A DNA stretch of 46,968 nucleotides, taken from IMG/VR virus record IMGVR_UViG_3300034069_000691, positions 1 through 46,968 of that record. The stretch is one strand, 5' to 3'. Source of the stretch: a virus. The position numbers were made by a program, and so were the translations under genes. Every line of letters begins with the position of its first letter. Position 1 is the stretch's first letter. Positions 31,522 to 39,391 of this stretch are shown here, one piece after another. The notes under the pieces were generated by a model. The model searched no databases, was not told where the DNA came from, and saw only the letters and a list, made by a program, of their open reading frames with translations.

Positions 31522-33003
31522 CTAGTAGGAGCTGACCGTGTAGGGCAGCTCCTCGTCGTCCCAGTCGTCGGCGGGTTCGCCGAACAGTGGGTTGATCAGC
31601 AGTCGGTTGAGGCCCTGCGTGAGCGCGTCCACGGCGTCGTCGTGCGCGCCGGCGGGGAACGCTGCGGCTTCCTCAACCAGCTCTTCAACGTTCGGCAGCA
31701 GTGCGGGTTCGGGCAGGTGCACGTTGCCGGCGTGGACGAACGGTGCGACGGCCTGAGCGCGGGCCATCTTCCCGCCGTCGGGTTCGACGGGGATCAGCCC
31801 ACCCACCGAGGAGGCGAGCAGGTTGATGACCGCGGTGCCGTTGGCCTTGTCCTCCACGTACTTGGCGTTGGCTTGCGGCCAGCGCGCGGACAGGTCCTTG
31901 ACGGCGGCCAGGGTGGCGGTGAAGTCCATGCGGCGGCGCACCATCTCCAGCACCCACACCTGCACTCCGCGGCGCAGTAGCACCATCCCGACGACGTAGT
32001 CGGATGAGTCGGTGCCCTTGAATGCCATGTCCCATGTTTGGACCAGCTCATCGCCGGCGGTCATCGGCACCCAGCAGGAGCCGTCCGCCCGCACGATGTG
32101 CTGCGCGGTGTCGAAGCGGTGGTCGCGCCACGCATCGCGGGGGAACAGGTTGCCCTCGTCGGGTGTAGGCCGACCCTGGTAGAGGCTGGCCCACGTGCGT
32201 GGCCCTGAACGGGTCTTGATGCCTTCCCACTGGCCGGTGGTCCGGCCGCGGGCGGACAGCATGAACTCACCCGGCTGACGGTTCAGCGGGTCAGTCTCGG
32301 CCTGCTCGGGCTTGTGGTCGGCCTGGGCGGGGATGTTCACGACCCGCCATGACGCGCCATCGTTGGCGGCGAGCAGCCGGCCGATCATGTCGTCGTGGTG
32401 CCAGCGGGTGGCGATGACCGCGACCGGGGCGCCGGGGGCGAGTCGGGTTGATCCGACCTCAAGCCACCAGTCCCAGGCGCGTTCTCGGTAGGTGAGGGAG
32501 TCGGCCTGTTCGCGGTCCTTGACGGGGTCGTCGACGATCATCAGGTCGACGGGGCGGCCGGTGAGCGCGCCACCGATGCCGGTGGAGTAGACGCCGCCGC
32601 GGTGCCCGTCGAGCTGCCATTCGTTCTGCGCTGACACGTCGGGTCGGATGCGCAGGCCCAGTTGGGGGTTCATGACGATGAAGTCCCGCACTGACCGGGA
32701 GATGCGGCGGGCGACGTTGTGTTCGTAGGACACGATCGCGATCCGCAGTTCCGGGTTGTGGAGCAGCGCCCACAGGGGGAATTTCTTGGATGCGGTTTCG
32801 GTCTTGCCTTCCTGCGGTGGCATGGATGTGACGAGCCGGCCGTCGGGGGTGTTGTACAGGCGCACGAGCTCGGCGTTGATGAGCTCAAGTGCGGGGGTGC
32901 GGCGGGTGCCCTTGTCGATGGCCTGGGCAAGGTCGAGGGGCGTCTCGTAAGTGTGCGCTGGCTGCTCGATGGCTTCGATGGCGTAGTCGAGCCAGGTGGT
33001 CAC
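31522..33003 (-). CDS. terL: Terminase large subunit, 493 aa
   Basis: Walker A-like PPQEGKT and Walker B-like DLMIVDD, with a C-terminal nuclease-like half (WDMAF..., AHDDAVDAL). The start is the GTG at 33001-33003. Confidence 0.95.
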   Translation of the reverse strand: MTTWLDYAIEAIEQPAHTYETPLDLAQAIDKGTRRTPALELINAELVRLYNTPDGRLVTSMPPQEGKTETASKKFPLWALLHNPELRIAIVSYEHNVARRISRSVRDFIVMNPQLGLRIRPDVSAQNEWQLDGHRGGVYSTGIGGALTGRPVDLMIVDDPVKDREQADSLTYRERAWDWWLEVGSTRLAPGAPVAVIATRWHHDDMIGRLLAANDGASWRVVNIPAQADHKPEQAETDPLNRQPGEFMLSARGRTTGQWEGIKTRSGPRTWASLYQGRPTPDEGNLFPRDAWRDHRFDTAQHIVRADGSCWVPMTAGDELVQTWDMAFKGTDSSDYVVGMVLLRRGVQVWVLEMVRRRMDFTATLAAVKDLSARWPQANAKYVEDKANGTAVINLLASSVGGLIPVEPDGGKMARAQAVAPFVHAGNVHLPEPALLPNVEELVEEAAAFPAGAHDDAVDALTQGLNRLLINPLFGEPADDWDDEELPYTVSSY

Positions 33004-33016
33004 CGGCTACCTCAGT

Positions 33017-33181
33017 TCAGTCGCAGTCCCACCGGTCGAGCAGGTCGTCCATGGCTGCGTTGATCTGGGCGAGCCATGCCCGGTTGTCTGGGTCGTCGCG
33101 TTCAGCGAGGGACCGTTTGGCGCGTTGGCGTTCGTGTCAGAGGGCTAGTTCCATGTCGGAGACGCTGACGCGGGGGGTCAT
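33017..33181 (-). other. 54-codon reading frame interrupted by an in-frame TGA (33137..33139) immediately upstream of terL
   Basis: Translates as MTPRVSVSDMELAL*HERQRAKRSLAERDDPDNRAWLAQINAAMDDLLDRWDCD*. Both halves lie in the same frame and both have coding-like GC3. Confidence 0.35.
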
Positions 33182-33189
33182 TGCTGCCC

Positions 33190-33752
33190 CCTTGTTGGTG
33201 TCCCGCTCGGCTAGTCGCTTCCCCCGACCAGCCGAGCGGGCGTGTGTGGGCTGGCCGCGGGCCGTGTTCGTGGATCCCCGCCAGCAGTCGGTGATCAGCC
33301 GACCTCTTGCTACAGCCACGCCTTCCCGGAGGATGACGGGCATCAAGACCCCGCACACAAGGCGACGGGGTGGGTTTGGGCCGGAAGCCCCGGGCCCTGG
33401 GATCCACCGACGCATCGGAGGATGAGGGACAGCAACGCCCCCGGGTGATCCGGGCGCTTCCGGCTGTTCAGTTGTCCGGGCTGACCCGGTCTTTCTCAGC
33501 TAGCCGCGTCGGGCTAGGGCTCGCGGGTCTCCAGACCCGCATTCGCTCCCGGCCGCGCGTGGGCGGCGGGACGTTGGGGGCCGGCACTGCCCTCTGACAG
33601 GTGGTGCCGGCCGTGCCGACCAGGACGCCCCCTAGTCGGCACAAACCCCGGGGCGCCTTTGGCTGCCACCGGGGTCTAGCGCGGCACGGTGCAGACACGT
33701 GTGGCGCTGCACATGAGGGTGGCGGACTTCGATCACGGTGTCAAGTGGTCGG
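33190..33752. other. About 560-nt non-coding, hairpin-dense region (candidate packaging site or late regulatory region)
   Basis: No credible ORF. Stems occur at 33202-33240 (11 bp), 33500-33517, 33523-33540, 33579-33612 (9 bp), 33613-33642 (8 bp), 33645-33675 and 33689-33712. Confidence 0.5.
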
Positions 33753-33983
33753 TCAGACACTGGACACAGAGCCCGTCGGGAGGCCCAGCGCTTCCTGCGC
33801 CTGGCGGCGGGAGACCAACACGTTGCGACCCACCACCGAGCAGGCGACGGCAGGCACCCGCCTGCGGATCACATCCACACCGATGCCGGTCAAGGCGGAC
33901 GCGACCTGTCGTGTGATCAGCGGGTCTTCGTCTTCCCACCACACCGGCTCGGGGTGGGGGAGCAGTGCACGGCCGCGCCTCAC
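33753..33983 (-). CDS. Small HTH (excisionase-family-like) DNA-binding protein, 76 aa
   Basis: The GTG at 33981-33983 overlaps the upstream stop (GTGA). GC3 rises sharply only from this start. The HTH-like segment is LITRQVASALTGIGVDVIRRRV. Confidence 0.6.
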   Translation of the reverse strand: MRRGRALLPHPEPVWWEDEDPLITRQVASALTGIGVDVIRRRVPAVACSVVGRNVLVSRRQAQEALGLPTGSVSSV

Positions 33984-34150
33984 GGTTGCCGGATCTGACG
34001 CTTGTTGCAAATCTCGCAGTTCCGTACGTCGTTGACGACTCGGGTCTCCCGCAAGTCTCGCCACTTGGTCCACCTATGCCGGTGTCGACGCTGCCATGGC
34101 ATTCGGACGTCGTTCTCCTGGGTGATCCATGACTGCTCCGTGTCGCTCAC
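33980..34150 (-). CDS. Hypothetical basic protein, 56 aa (below the track cutoff)
   Basis: GTGA overlaps at both ends. Translates as VSDTEQSWITQENDVRMPWQRRHRHRWTKWRDLRETRVVNDVRNCEICNKRQIRQP. Confidence 0.5.
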   Translation of the reverse strand: MSDTEQSWITQENDVRMPWQRRHRHRWTKWRDLRETRVVNDVRNCEICNKRQIRQP

Positions 34151-34530
34151 GGCTTCCACTCCTGCCGGTAGTCCGGGTGGTCGGCGTAGGGCAGGGCGAG
34201 CAACTCAAGCACTTCGTCCAGGTGGGCCGTGCCCGCCCAGTAGTCGGGGCTCGCTGAGAACCCAGGCTCGTCGGCCTCGCCGTGCAGCACCACGATCCGC
34301 CGCTTGGCCTCACACTCAACCAGCACACGGTCGGGTGACGAGCAGCCGTCGAGCATCTGCGACGACCACGGTCCGTTCGACCGGAAGCGGGTTAGCCAGG
34401 TCCAGCTGTAGTGATGCTCGGTTGCCTCCATCTCGCCTACGTAGACCCGCTCGCGCAGGTCGACGGCAGCGCGCGCCATTGCCTCGTCTTCGGTGATGCG
34501 GGCGAGCAAGAAGTCTGTCAGGTTGCTCAC
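34147..34530 (-). CDS. Hypothetical protein, 127 aa
   Basis: Track ORF with GTGA overlaps. The N-terminus is MSNLTDFLLARITEDEAMARAA. Confidence 0.7.
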   Translation of the reverse strand: MSNLTDFLLARITEDEAMARAAVDLRERVYVGEMEATEHHYSWTWLTRFRSNGPWSSQMLDGCSSPDRVLVECEAKRRIVVLHGEADEPGFSASPDYWAGTAHLDEVLELLALPYADHPDYRQEWKP

Positions 34531-35279
34531 GCCGCCACCGGCTTCCGCAGCAGGTCCAGTCCGCGCCCCTCAGACCCGCACGCCGGGCAGCCGGTGGTGC
34601 GGTCGGCCCAGGTGATGGGGCCACCACAGTCAGGGCACGGCACCTTCGCCTTCCGCTCGGTGTCCCCGACCGCTGAGCGAAGCTGTGCCCACACTGCCCG
34701 GATGTCGTCGGCGAACTGGCCGGCGCAGTCCTGAGCGAGGATCCAGTCGAGGTGGTCGGCGAGGAGCTTCCGTTCGGTGCGAACGGTGCGCCGCACGTCG
34801 GTGGTGCCGCGGAGGGTGGCGGCCCTGCAAGTGTCGTGGGCGCACCAGGTGTCGCACACGGGTCCGTAGTGCAGCCCGGTGACGCGGACTGGAGGGAGCT
34901 GCTGCCGGGCGGTGACGAGTCCGCGTGCGGCCCGTAGGTGCCCGGCCCAGTAGGCGAGGGTCTCGAGCACGCCGCGGGTCTTGTTGCCGTCCGGCCCACC
35001 ATCACCGGCCCGGGAGCGCCCGTCGCGCATGACCATCACGTCCAGGTTCCCCACCGACCGGTGCGCCGCCAGCGCCCCGCTGGTGCCGCTGTTCGGTTCC
35101 CGGCCCTGCATCGACGGCACAGCATCCAGCCGGTCGTACAGGCCCTCAAGCTGCGCGAGGTGCTGCCCGACGTCGTTGACGTGCCGGCGGCACAGCTGCG
35201 CGCCGTGGTCCTGCTCATGCCCGCACTGCCCGGCCCGGCACAGCAGGCCGATGTCGGCGGTGGGTTCGGGTGTGGTCAC
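34527..35279 (-). CDS. Hypothetical protein with a C-terminal zinc-ribbon-like motif, 250 aa
   Basis: Track ORF containing CPDCGG...CPACG. Confidence 0.7.
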   Translation of the reverse strand: MTTPEPTADIGLLCRAGQCGHEQDHGAQLCRRHVNDVGQHLAQLEGLYDRLDAVPSMQGREPNSGTSGALAAHRSVGNLDVMVMRDGRSRAGDGGPDGNKTRGVLETLAYWAGHLRAARGLVTARQQLPPVRVTGLHYGPVCDTWCAHDTCRAATLRGTTDVRRTVRTERKLLADHLDWILAQDCAGQFADDIRAVWAQLRSAVGDTERKAKVPCPDCGGPITWADRTTGCPACGSEGRGLDLLRKPVAA

Positions 35280-35428
35280 TTCAGCGCCTCCGAGTGCTTC
35301 TCATAGCGGTAGACCCGCACCAGGCTGTACACGATGAGTGCCGCCGGTGGCAGGGTGCCGATGTCGACCTCGCCGGTGGTGGCAATGATGGCGGAGACGA
35401 CGGCGGTCGTCTGCCAGAAGCGGATCAC
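35276..35428 (-). CDS. Small membrane peptide, 50 aa (below the track cutoff)
   Basis: GTGA overlaps at both ends. Translates as VIRFWQTTAVVSAIIATTGEVDIGTLPPAALIVYSLVRVYRYEKHSEALK. Confidence 0.5.
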   Translation of the reverse strand: MIRFWQTTAVVSAIIATTGEVDIGTLPPAALIVYSLVRVYRYEKHSEALK

Positions 35429-35589
35429 TGGCCGTCCACCCGGACGCAGGAAACGGGGGGCCGTCGTCGCAGCCCCCGCCAGACCAGCCACCCGCACCCC
35501 CAGAGCGCCGTCACAAACACGAACCAGGCTCCGGCGAGCAAGGCCGCGTAGCCGATGATCAGCGCGATGCCGTCGAGAGCGCCCGTCAC
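35425..35589 (-). CDS. Small membrane peptide, 54 aa (below the track cutoff)
   Basis: GTGA overlaps at both ends. Translates as VTGALDGIALIIGYAALLAGAWFVFVTALWGCGWLVW.... Confidence 0.5.
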   Translation of the reverse strand: MTGALDGIALIIGYAALLAGAWFVFVTALWGCGWLVWRGLRRRPPVSCVRVDGQ

Positions 35590-35843
35590 CCCGCCACCTC
35601 GCGCCGGTGGTGGATGCCGATGCTGTAGCTACGGCCTGCGATCGTGGCGAACCAGTACCGGTTGTGCGGCTTACTGAAGTCGAGTGGGCCGTCGCAGCCG
35701 TAGTAGGGCCACACCCAACGAGGCCCGGGGCCAAGCTCCAGCATGAGCTCGTCCAGGTCATCGCGGGGTGGGTTGTTGGGCCTCCGGTTGCGATCAGCGC
35801 TCAGGGCGGCAATCGGGCCTACCGGGATGCGCAGCACCTTCAT
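35586..35843 (-). CDS. Hypothetical protein, 85 aa
   Basis: Track ORF with an ATGA overlap. Confidence 0.65.
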   Translation of the reverse strand: MKVLRIPVGPIAALSADRNRRPNNPPRDDLDELMLELGPGPRWVWPYYGCDGPLDFSKPHNRYWFATIAGRSYSIGIHHRREVAG

Positions 35844-36145
35844 TTGGCCACCTCGCGGATGCGGCGGGCGGCAGCGCTGCTAGCTGCTGCCCAGCCGACA
35901 GTGTTGGCCCGCAATAGTCCGCTTTCGGCGGGTGCCTGGTTGCGGGTCTCGGTAGCGAACTGCTCCAGCTCGTCGGCTACCCGCAGGTACTTGTCCCGTT
36001 CGGCGGTGACAGCAGCAGCGAGAGCACGAGCGACGCGGTCCACGAGCGCGGGGAAGCCGTCATCCATGCCCCAGCCGAGCACGAGCTTCTGCGCCACCGC
36101 CTGCTGCTCGTCGGTCGGTTCGGGTTGCGGTCCCGCGGCGGTCAC
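35840..36145 (-). CDS. Hypothetical protein, 101 aa (paralogue of cassette gene 2)
   Basis: Track ORF with a GTGA overlap and motifs shared with 30289..30483. Confidence 0.7.
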   Translation of the reverse strand: MTAAGPQPEPTDEQQAVAQKLVLGWGMDDGFPALVDRVARALAAAVTAERDKYLRVADELEQFATETRNQAPAESGLLRANTVGWAAASSAAARRIREVAK

Positions 36146-36414
36146 GACGACTCCTCGGGTGCGGTCAGGTCGTAGATGTGCACGACGTCCATCGCCCAGT
36201 TCTCATCCGCCAGCACGCTGTGCAGGTGCCGACCGCAGGCGAACCACCGGACCACCGGGTTGATCTCGTCGTCAGCAGTCGCGTGGTACGTGATCTCCAC
36301 GTCGCAGATTGACCAACGGGCTACAGACCTGCACCGCTTGCAGATTGGGTCGCCATCATTGGTATACCGACTTGTCGGCTGCTCGTCGGTGGGTTCGGGT
36401 GCTGCGCTGGTCAC
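36142..36414 (-). CDS. Hypothetical Cys-containing protein, 90 aa
   Basis: Track ORF with a GTGA overlap. Confidence 0.65.
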   Translation of the reverse strand: MTSAAPEPTDEQPTSRYTNDGDPICKRCRSVARWSICDVEITYHATADDEINPVVRWFACGRHLHSVLADENWAMDVVHIYDLTAPEESS

Positions 36415-36728
36415 GTCGTGGCCTCCGTGGGGGCAGGAGAAGCGAGAGCGACCTGGATCTGGCTGATGGCCTGCGCTGACCAGAGGCGCCCCTGCTCGTA
36501 GGCGTCCGCCAGCTCCATCACCGCGTCGAGGGCTGCCTGCTGCCGGCGGACCGTGGCCTGAGCTGCGTCAAGCGCGGCCATGATCAGGAGATCGCTGTCG
36601 TAGCCCTCGCGAGCAGGCACCGACATCAGCCAGCGACCACCGAGGCAGATCCGCACGACCTCGTCCTTGGCGCGCTCGATTACCTCGTCGAGCTGCTGCA
36701 CGGTCAGGGTGACAGCGGGGGAGGTCAC
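36411..36728 (-). CDS. Hypothetical protein, 105 aa
   Basis: The GTG at 36726-36728 overlaps the upstream stop. The track ORF was trimmed. Confidence 0.6.
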   Translation of the reverse strand: MTSPAVTLTVQQLDEVIERAKDEVVRICLGGRWLMSVPAREGYDSDLLIMAALDAAQATVRRQQAALDAVMELADAYEQGRLWSAQAISQIQVALASPAPTEATT

Positions 36729-36997
36729 TGCTGGTCCCGCAGGAGGTCGCGGTAGTGCTCGGTGTTGATCTCGTCTTGGTGGCGGCGAACGTCGAACCAG
36801 CCCTCGGCGATCCGGGAGGGGCAGACGTTGCACAGGCTGGTCGGGCAGCGGCCCTCGTGGCAGGTGGTCTCTCCGCAGCCACCGCAGGCACCGGAGAAGT
36901 CGTGCCAGTTCTGGTCGCTGCCGCTGATCGCTTCTTCGACCTCCTCGGGGGTGGGCTCGTCGTTGTTCGTCGTGGTCACGCCGGGGGTGGGGGTCAT
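36725..36997 (-). CDS. Hypothetical Cys-rich protein, 90 aa
   Basis: An ATG at 36995-36997 follows GAAGGAGA. It contains CGGCGETTCHEGRCPTSLCNVC. Confidence 0.65.
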   Translation of the reverse strand: MTPTPGVTTTNNDEPTPEEVEEAISGSDQNWHDFSGACGGCGETTCHEGRCPTSLCNVCPSRIAEGWFDVRRHQDEINTEHYRDLLRDQQ

Positions 36998-37014
36998 CGG
37001 GTCTCCTTCGTGGG

Positions 37015-37269
37015 TCACTGGTCGAGATCCAGCCGTAGGTCGCGGTCGGCGGGGTTGCGCTTGGCGTGGCTGCACCGCGAACAGACGACCCAGCTGTGGT
37101 CGATGACGTAGCGGTGGCCAGCGAGGGTGCAGCGGAGGCGGCCGAGCGTTGGCTGCTGTCGTCGCCACCACAGGCCGGCTTCTTCGGTCGCCCAGTTCCA
37201 CATCGCCCAGACGGCCAACACCGCGAAGGGGGACAGCACGCCCAGCCCGTAGGCCGTCCCGAGGCTCAC
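37015..37269 (-). CDS. Hypothetical membrane-anchored protein, 84 aa
   Basis: Track ORF with a GTGA overlap and a hydrophobic N-terminus. Confidence 0.6.
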   Translation of the reverse strand: MSLGTAYGLGVLSPFAVLAVWAMWNWATEEAGLWWRRQQPTLGRLRCTLAGHRYVIDHSWVVCSRCSHAKRNPADRDLRLDLDQ

Positions 37270-38048
37270 CGCCCACCACCATCAGCGCGCAGGGTTGTCA
37301 CGGCGATGTCGGCGACCTCGGCCCAGAACTCGGGCCACGGCTTCCGGTCGACCCCGGTGGTGACGTTCTCGGCCAGCACGGCGGCGAGCCGTTCCCGCGC
37401 CTGGTCGTCCCCGCCCCGCACACCCGAGGAAGCGGCGATGGCGGCACGGAGCTCGCTAGCTGCCGACGCGAAGTTCCCACCAGGTCCGGGCACACCCAGC
37501 TCGCGGGCCTCTCGCTCCCAGTCGTCGGCAAGCCATCCCAGCCGGACGACCAACCCGTCCTCGCCCGCGCTGTCGGCCTCGGACGGCGGGGCGGGGCGCG
37601 GGCAGGCGCAGGCCCACCCGTCACCGCCCGGGTCGGTAGAGCGAGCGGCGATGCCGTGCTCGCGGCATCGGCCGCTCAGGTTGCCGTGCCAGCAGCGGCA
37701 GCGGTCGTCCTCCCGCTCCTGCGCGGGCGGCTGCTGCGGGGCGGGCTCCCACTCCCACACCGCGTACTCGTTCTCCCAGCGGTGCGGCGGCTCGTGACCA
37801 AGAGACCGGCGGCAGCTGACGTGCGCGGGCTGGCCGGGATACCGGTCCCCGCACGGCGGCACCTCCTGTCCGCTGTTCGTGGCGGGCAGCCGATCGCCGT
37901 ACATCTCGCGCTCGATGCGGCGCCCCTCCTCGGGCGTCACCGGGCACGGTCCGACGCAGCCCTCGTCGGGGGTCTGACATCCGGCGGGGTGGTCGCAGCC
38001 GGTGTAGTTCGGCAGCCGGTTGCCGTCCGGGGCGGTGGGCGTGGTCAT
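37266..38048 (-). CDS. Hypothetical Cys-rich protein, 260 aa
   Basis: The ATG at 38046-38048 overlaps the upstream stop (ATGA). The track ORF was trimmed. Confidence 0.65.
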   Translation of the reverse strand: MTTPTAPDGNRLPNYTGCDHPAGCQTPDEGCVGPCPVTPEEGRRIEREMYGDRLPATNSGQEVPPCGDRYPGQPAHVSCRRSLGHEPPHRWENEYAVWEWEPAPQQPPAQEREDDRCRCWHGNLSGRCREHGIAARSTDPGGDGWACACPRPAPPSEADSAGEDGLVVRLGWLADDWEREARELGVPGPGGNFASAASELRAAIAASSGVRGGDDQARERLAAVLAENVTTGVDRKPWPEFWAEVADIAVTTLRADGGGR

Positions 38049-38299
38049 CGGGAGGGCTCCTGGGTGGGCGGGGCGAACACGTCGGGGTAGCGGACCCAGT
38101 TCGGCTCCTCGCGGAGGTCCCCGTTGGGCTCCCACACCGCCGAGCAGCGGGTGTTGTCGCAGGCGATGGACTCGGGGACCTCGCGGCTCAGGTAGGCGGG
38201 CCCGACGGTCTCCATGTCGACGGCCAGCGCGCCGCCGCAGTACGGACACCGCAGTGCCCTCCCGCCGTCTGGGGGTGTGGGTGCGGACGAGGCGGTCAT
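38045..38299 (-). CDS. Hypothetical zinc-ribbon-like protein, 84 aa
   Basis: Track ORF with ATGA overlaps. It contains CPYCGG...CDNTRC. Confidence 0.65.
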   Translation of the reverse strand: MTASSAPTPPDGGRALRCPYCGGALAVDMETVGPAYLSREVPESIACDNTRCSAVWEPNGDLREEPNWVRYPDVFAPPTQEPSR

Positions 38300-38670
38300 C
38301 GGGCGGCCTGCAGACGGTCGATCTCGGCAGCGATCAGCGCACCGGCCTTGACCAGCTCACGCACGCGGTCATCGGCGCAGGGCTTCCAGTAGTCCGGGTG
38401 CCAGGGCCAGAGGGTGGGCACGGCGCGGTACCGGTCGCCGCGCTCGTCGCCGTACCCGTCGGCCAGGGCGGTCTTGTACTTCCGCATCTGGGGCGGCACC
38501 GCGTAGCAGCACGCGGCCAGCGCCAGGCCTTCGCCTGCGTGCTCAGCGTCGTGCCGCGGCGTCCACCCCTCCTGCTCGACCTGGCGAACGCGCTCGGCTG
38601 CGATCAGCTCTGCACCGCACACCGCCGCTGTCTGTTTGTTGCCGGGGCCGGTGCTGGGGACGGCGGTCAT
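38296..38670 (-). CDS. Hypothetical protein, 124 aa (weak resemblance to phage nucleotide pyrophosphohydrolase-type helical proteins)
   Basis: The ATG at 38668-38670 overlaps the upstream stop. The functional hint comes only from the C-terminal KAGALIAAEIDRL-type helix. Confidence 0.55.
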   Translation of the reverse strand: MTAVPSTGPGNKQTAAVCGAELIAAERVRQVEQEGWTPRHDAEHAGEGLALAACCYAVPPQMRKYKTALADGYGDERGDRYRAVPTLWPWHPDYWKPCADDRVRELVKAGALIAAEIDRLQAAR

Positions 38671-38984
38671 CAGTACCAGTCCTGACCGTCGCGGCGCAGC
38701 AGGCGCTCCTCGGTGGGCAGGTAGTAGCGCTCGTCGTCGTCTGCGCCGTCCCAGTCGAAGTGACCGAACCCGTGGAAGATGACGGTCACCCAGTGCGTGT
38801 CTCGCTCGGTGCTGACCGTGAACCGACAGCCAGCCTTGAGCAGCGCGTAACACTCCCCGAGCTGCCTCTGCGCTGCCGAGCTGTCCCGGTCGGTCCACTT
38901 CGTCTGCGGCACGAACGCCCGCTCGCAGATCGACAGCAGCTCCTTGCGCGTGGGGCCCTTCTTGGTCTTGGTCTCGGTGCTCAT
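38670..38984 (-). CDS. Hypothetical protein, 104 aa
   Basis: Track ORF with an ATGA overlap. Confidence 0.65.
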   Translation of the reverse strand: MSTETKTKKGPTRKELLSICERAFVPQTKWTDRDSSAAQRQLGECYALLKAGCRFTVSTERDTHWVTVIFHGFGHFDWDGADDDERYYLPTEERLLRRDGQDWY

Positions 38985-39391
38985 CGGTTGTTCCCTTCGG
39001 TCTGGCGGATGGCGGCGCGGATGGAAGTGGCGCGGTCACGGAGTCGGTCCAGCTCGCCACCCAGGCAGGTCTCCCACCAGCGGTGCGCGACCCAAGCCCC
39101 GTGGCTGACGTACCGCTTCGGTCGGGCGGGGCACTGCATGTCGTAGATGGCCTGCACCTGCTTGATCGCCTGGTCGAGTTCGTCGGCGCGGGCCTTGTCC
39201 ACCAGCGCAGACACAGCAGGCAGGGCGAGCAGGTCGGCGGCCTGCACCTTGCGCCAGTCGTGGTAGCGGTCGGCGAACAGCTCCCAGCGCGCGTCGGCGT
39301 CCGAGCCGTGGCCATGGAGCCAGCGCGCCACGGCTTCGACCGCGGCCTCCCGCACCTGCCCGTCGGCCGGCGGCGAAGAGGGGGCGGTCAT
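38981..39391 (-). CDS. Hypothetical protein, 136 aa
   Basis: The ATG at 39389-39391 overlaps the upstream stop (ATGA). Confidence 0.6.
   Translation of the reverse strand: MTAPSSPPADGQVREAAVEAVARWLHGHGSDADARWELFADRYHDWRKVQAADLLALPAVSALVDKARADELDQAIKQVQAIYDMQCPARPKRYVSHGAWVAHRWWETCLGGELDRLRDRATSIRAAIRQTEGNNR

Noticed and set aside
31329-33539. Shared short strings CTAGGGCT and CAGACCCG on both sides of terL (31328-31378 and 33513-33539) as paired packaging or recombination sites.
   Set aside because: These are only 8-mers with different spacing (about 40 versus 10 nt), which could easily be chance in GC-rich DNA.
33753-34073. The 106-aa ORF taken as a single gene.
   Set aside because: GC3 is poor in its first third. 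Two coupled genes (33980..34150 and 33753..33983) explain the region better.
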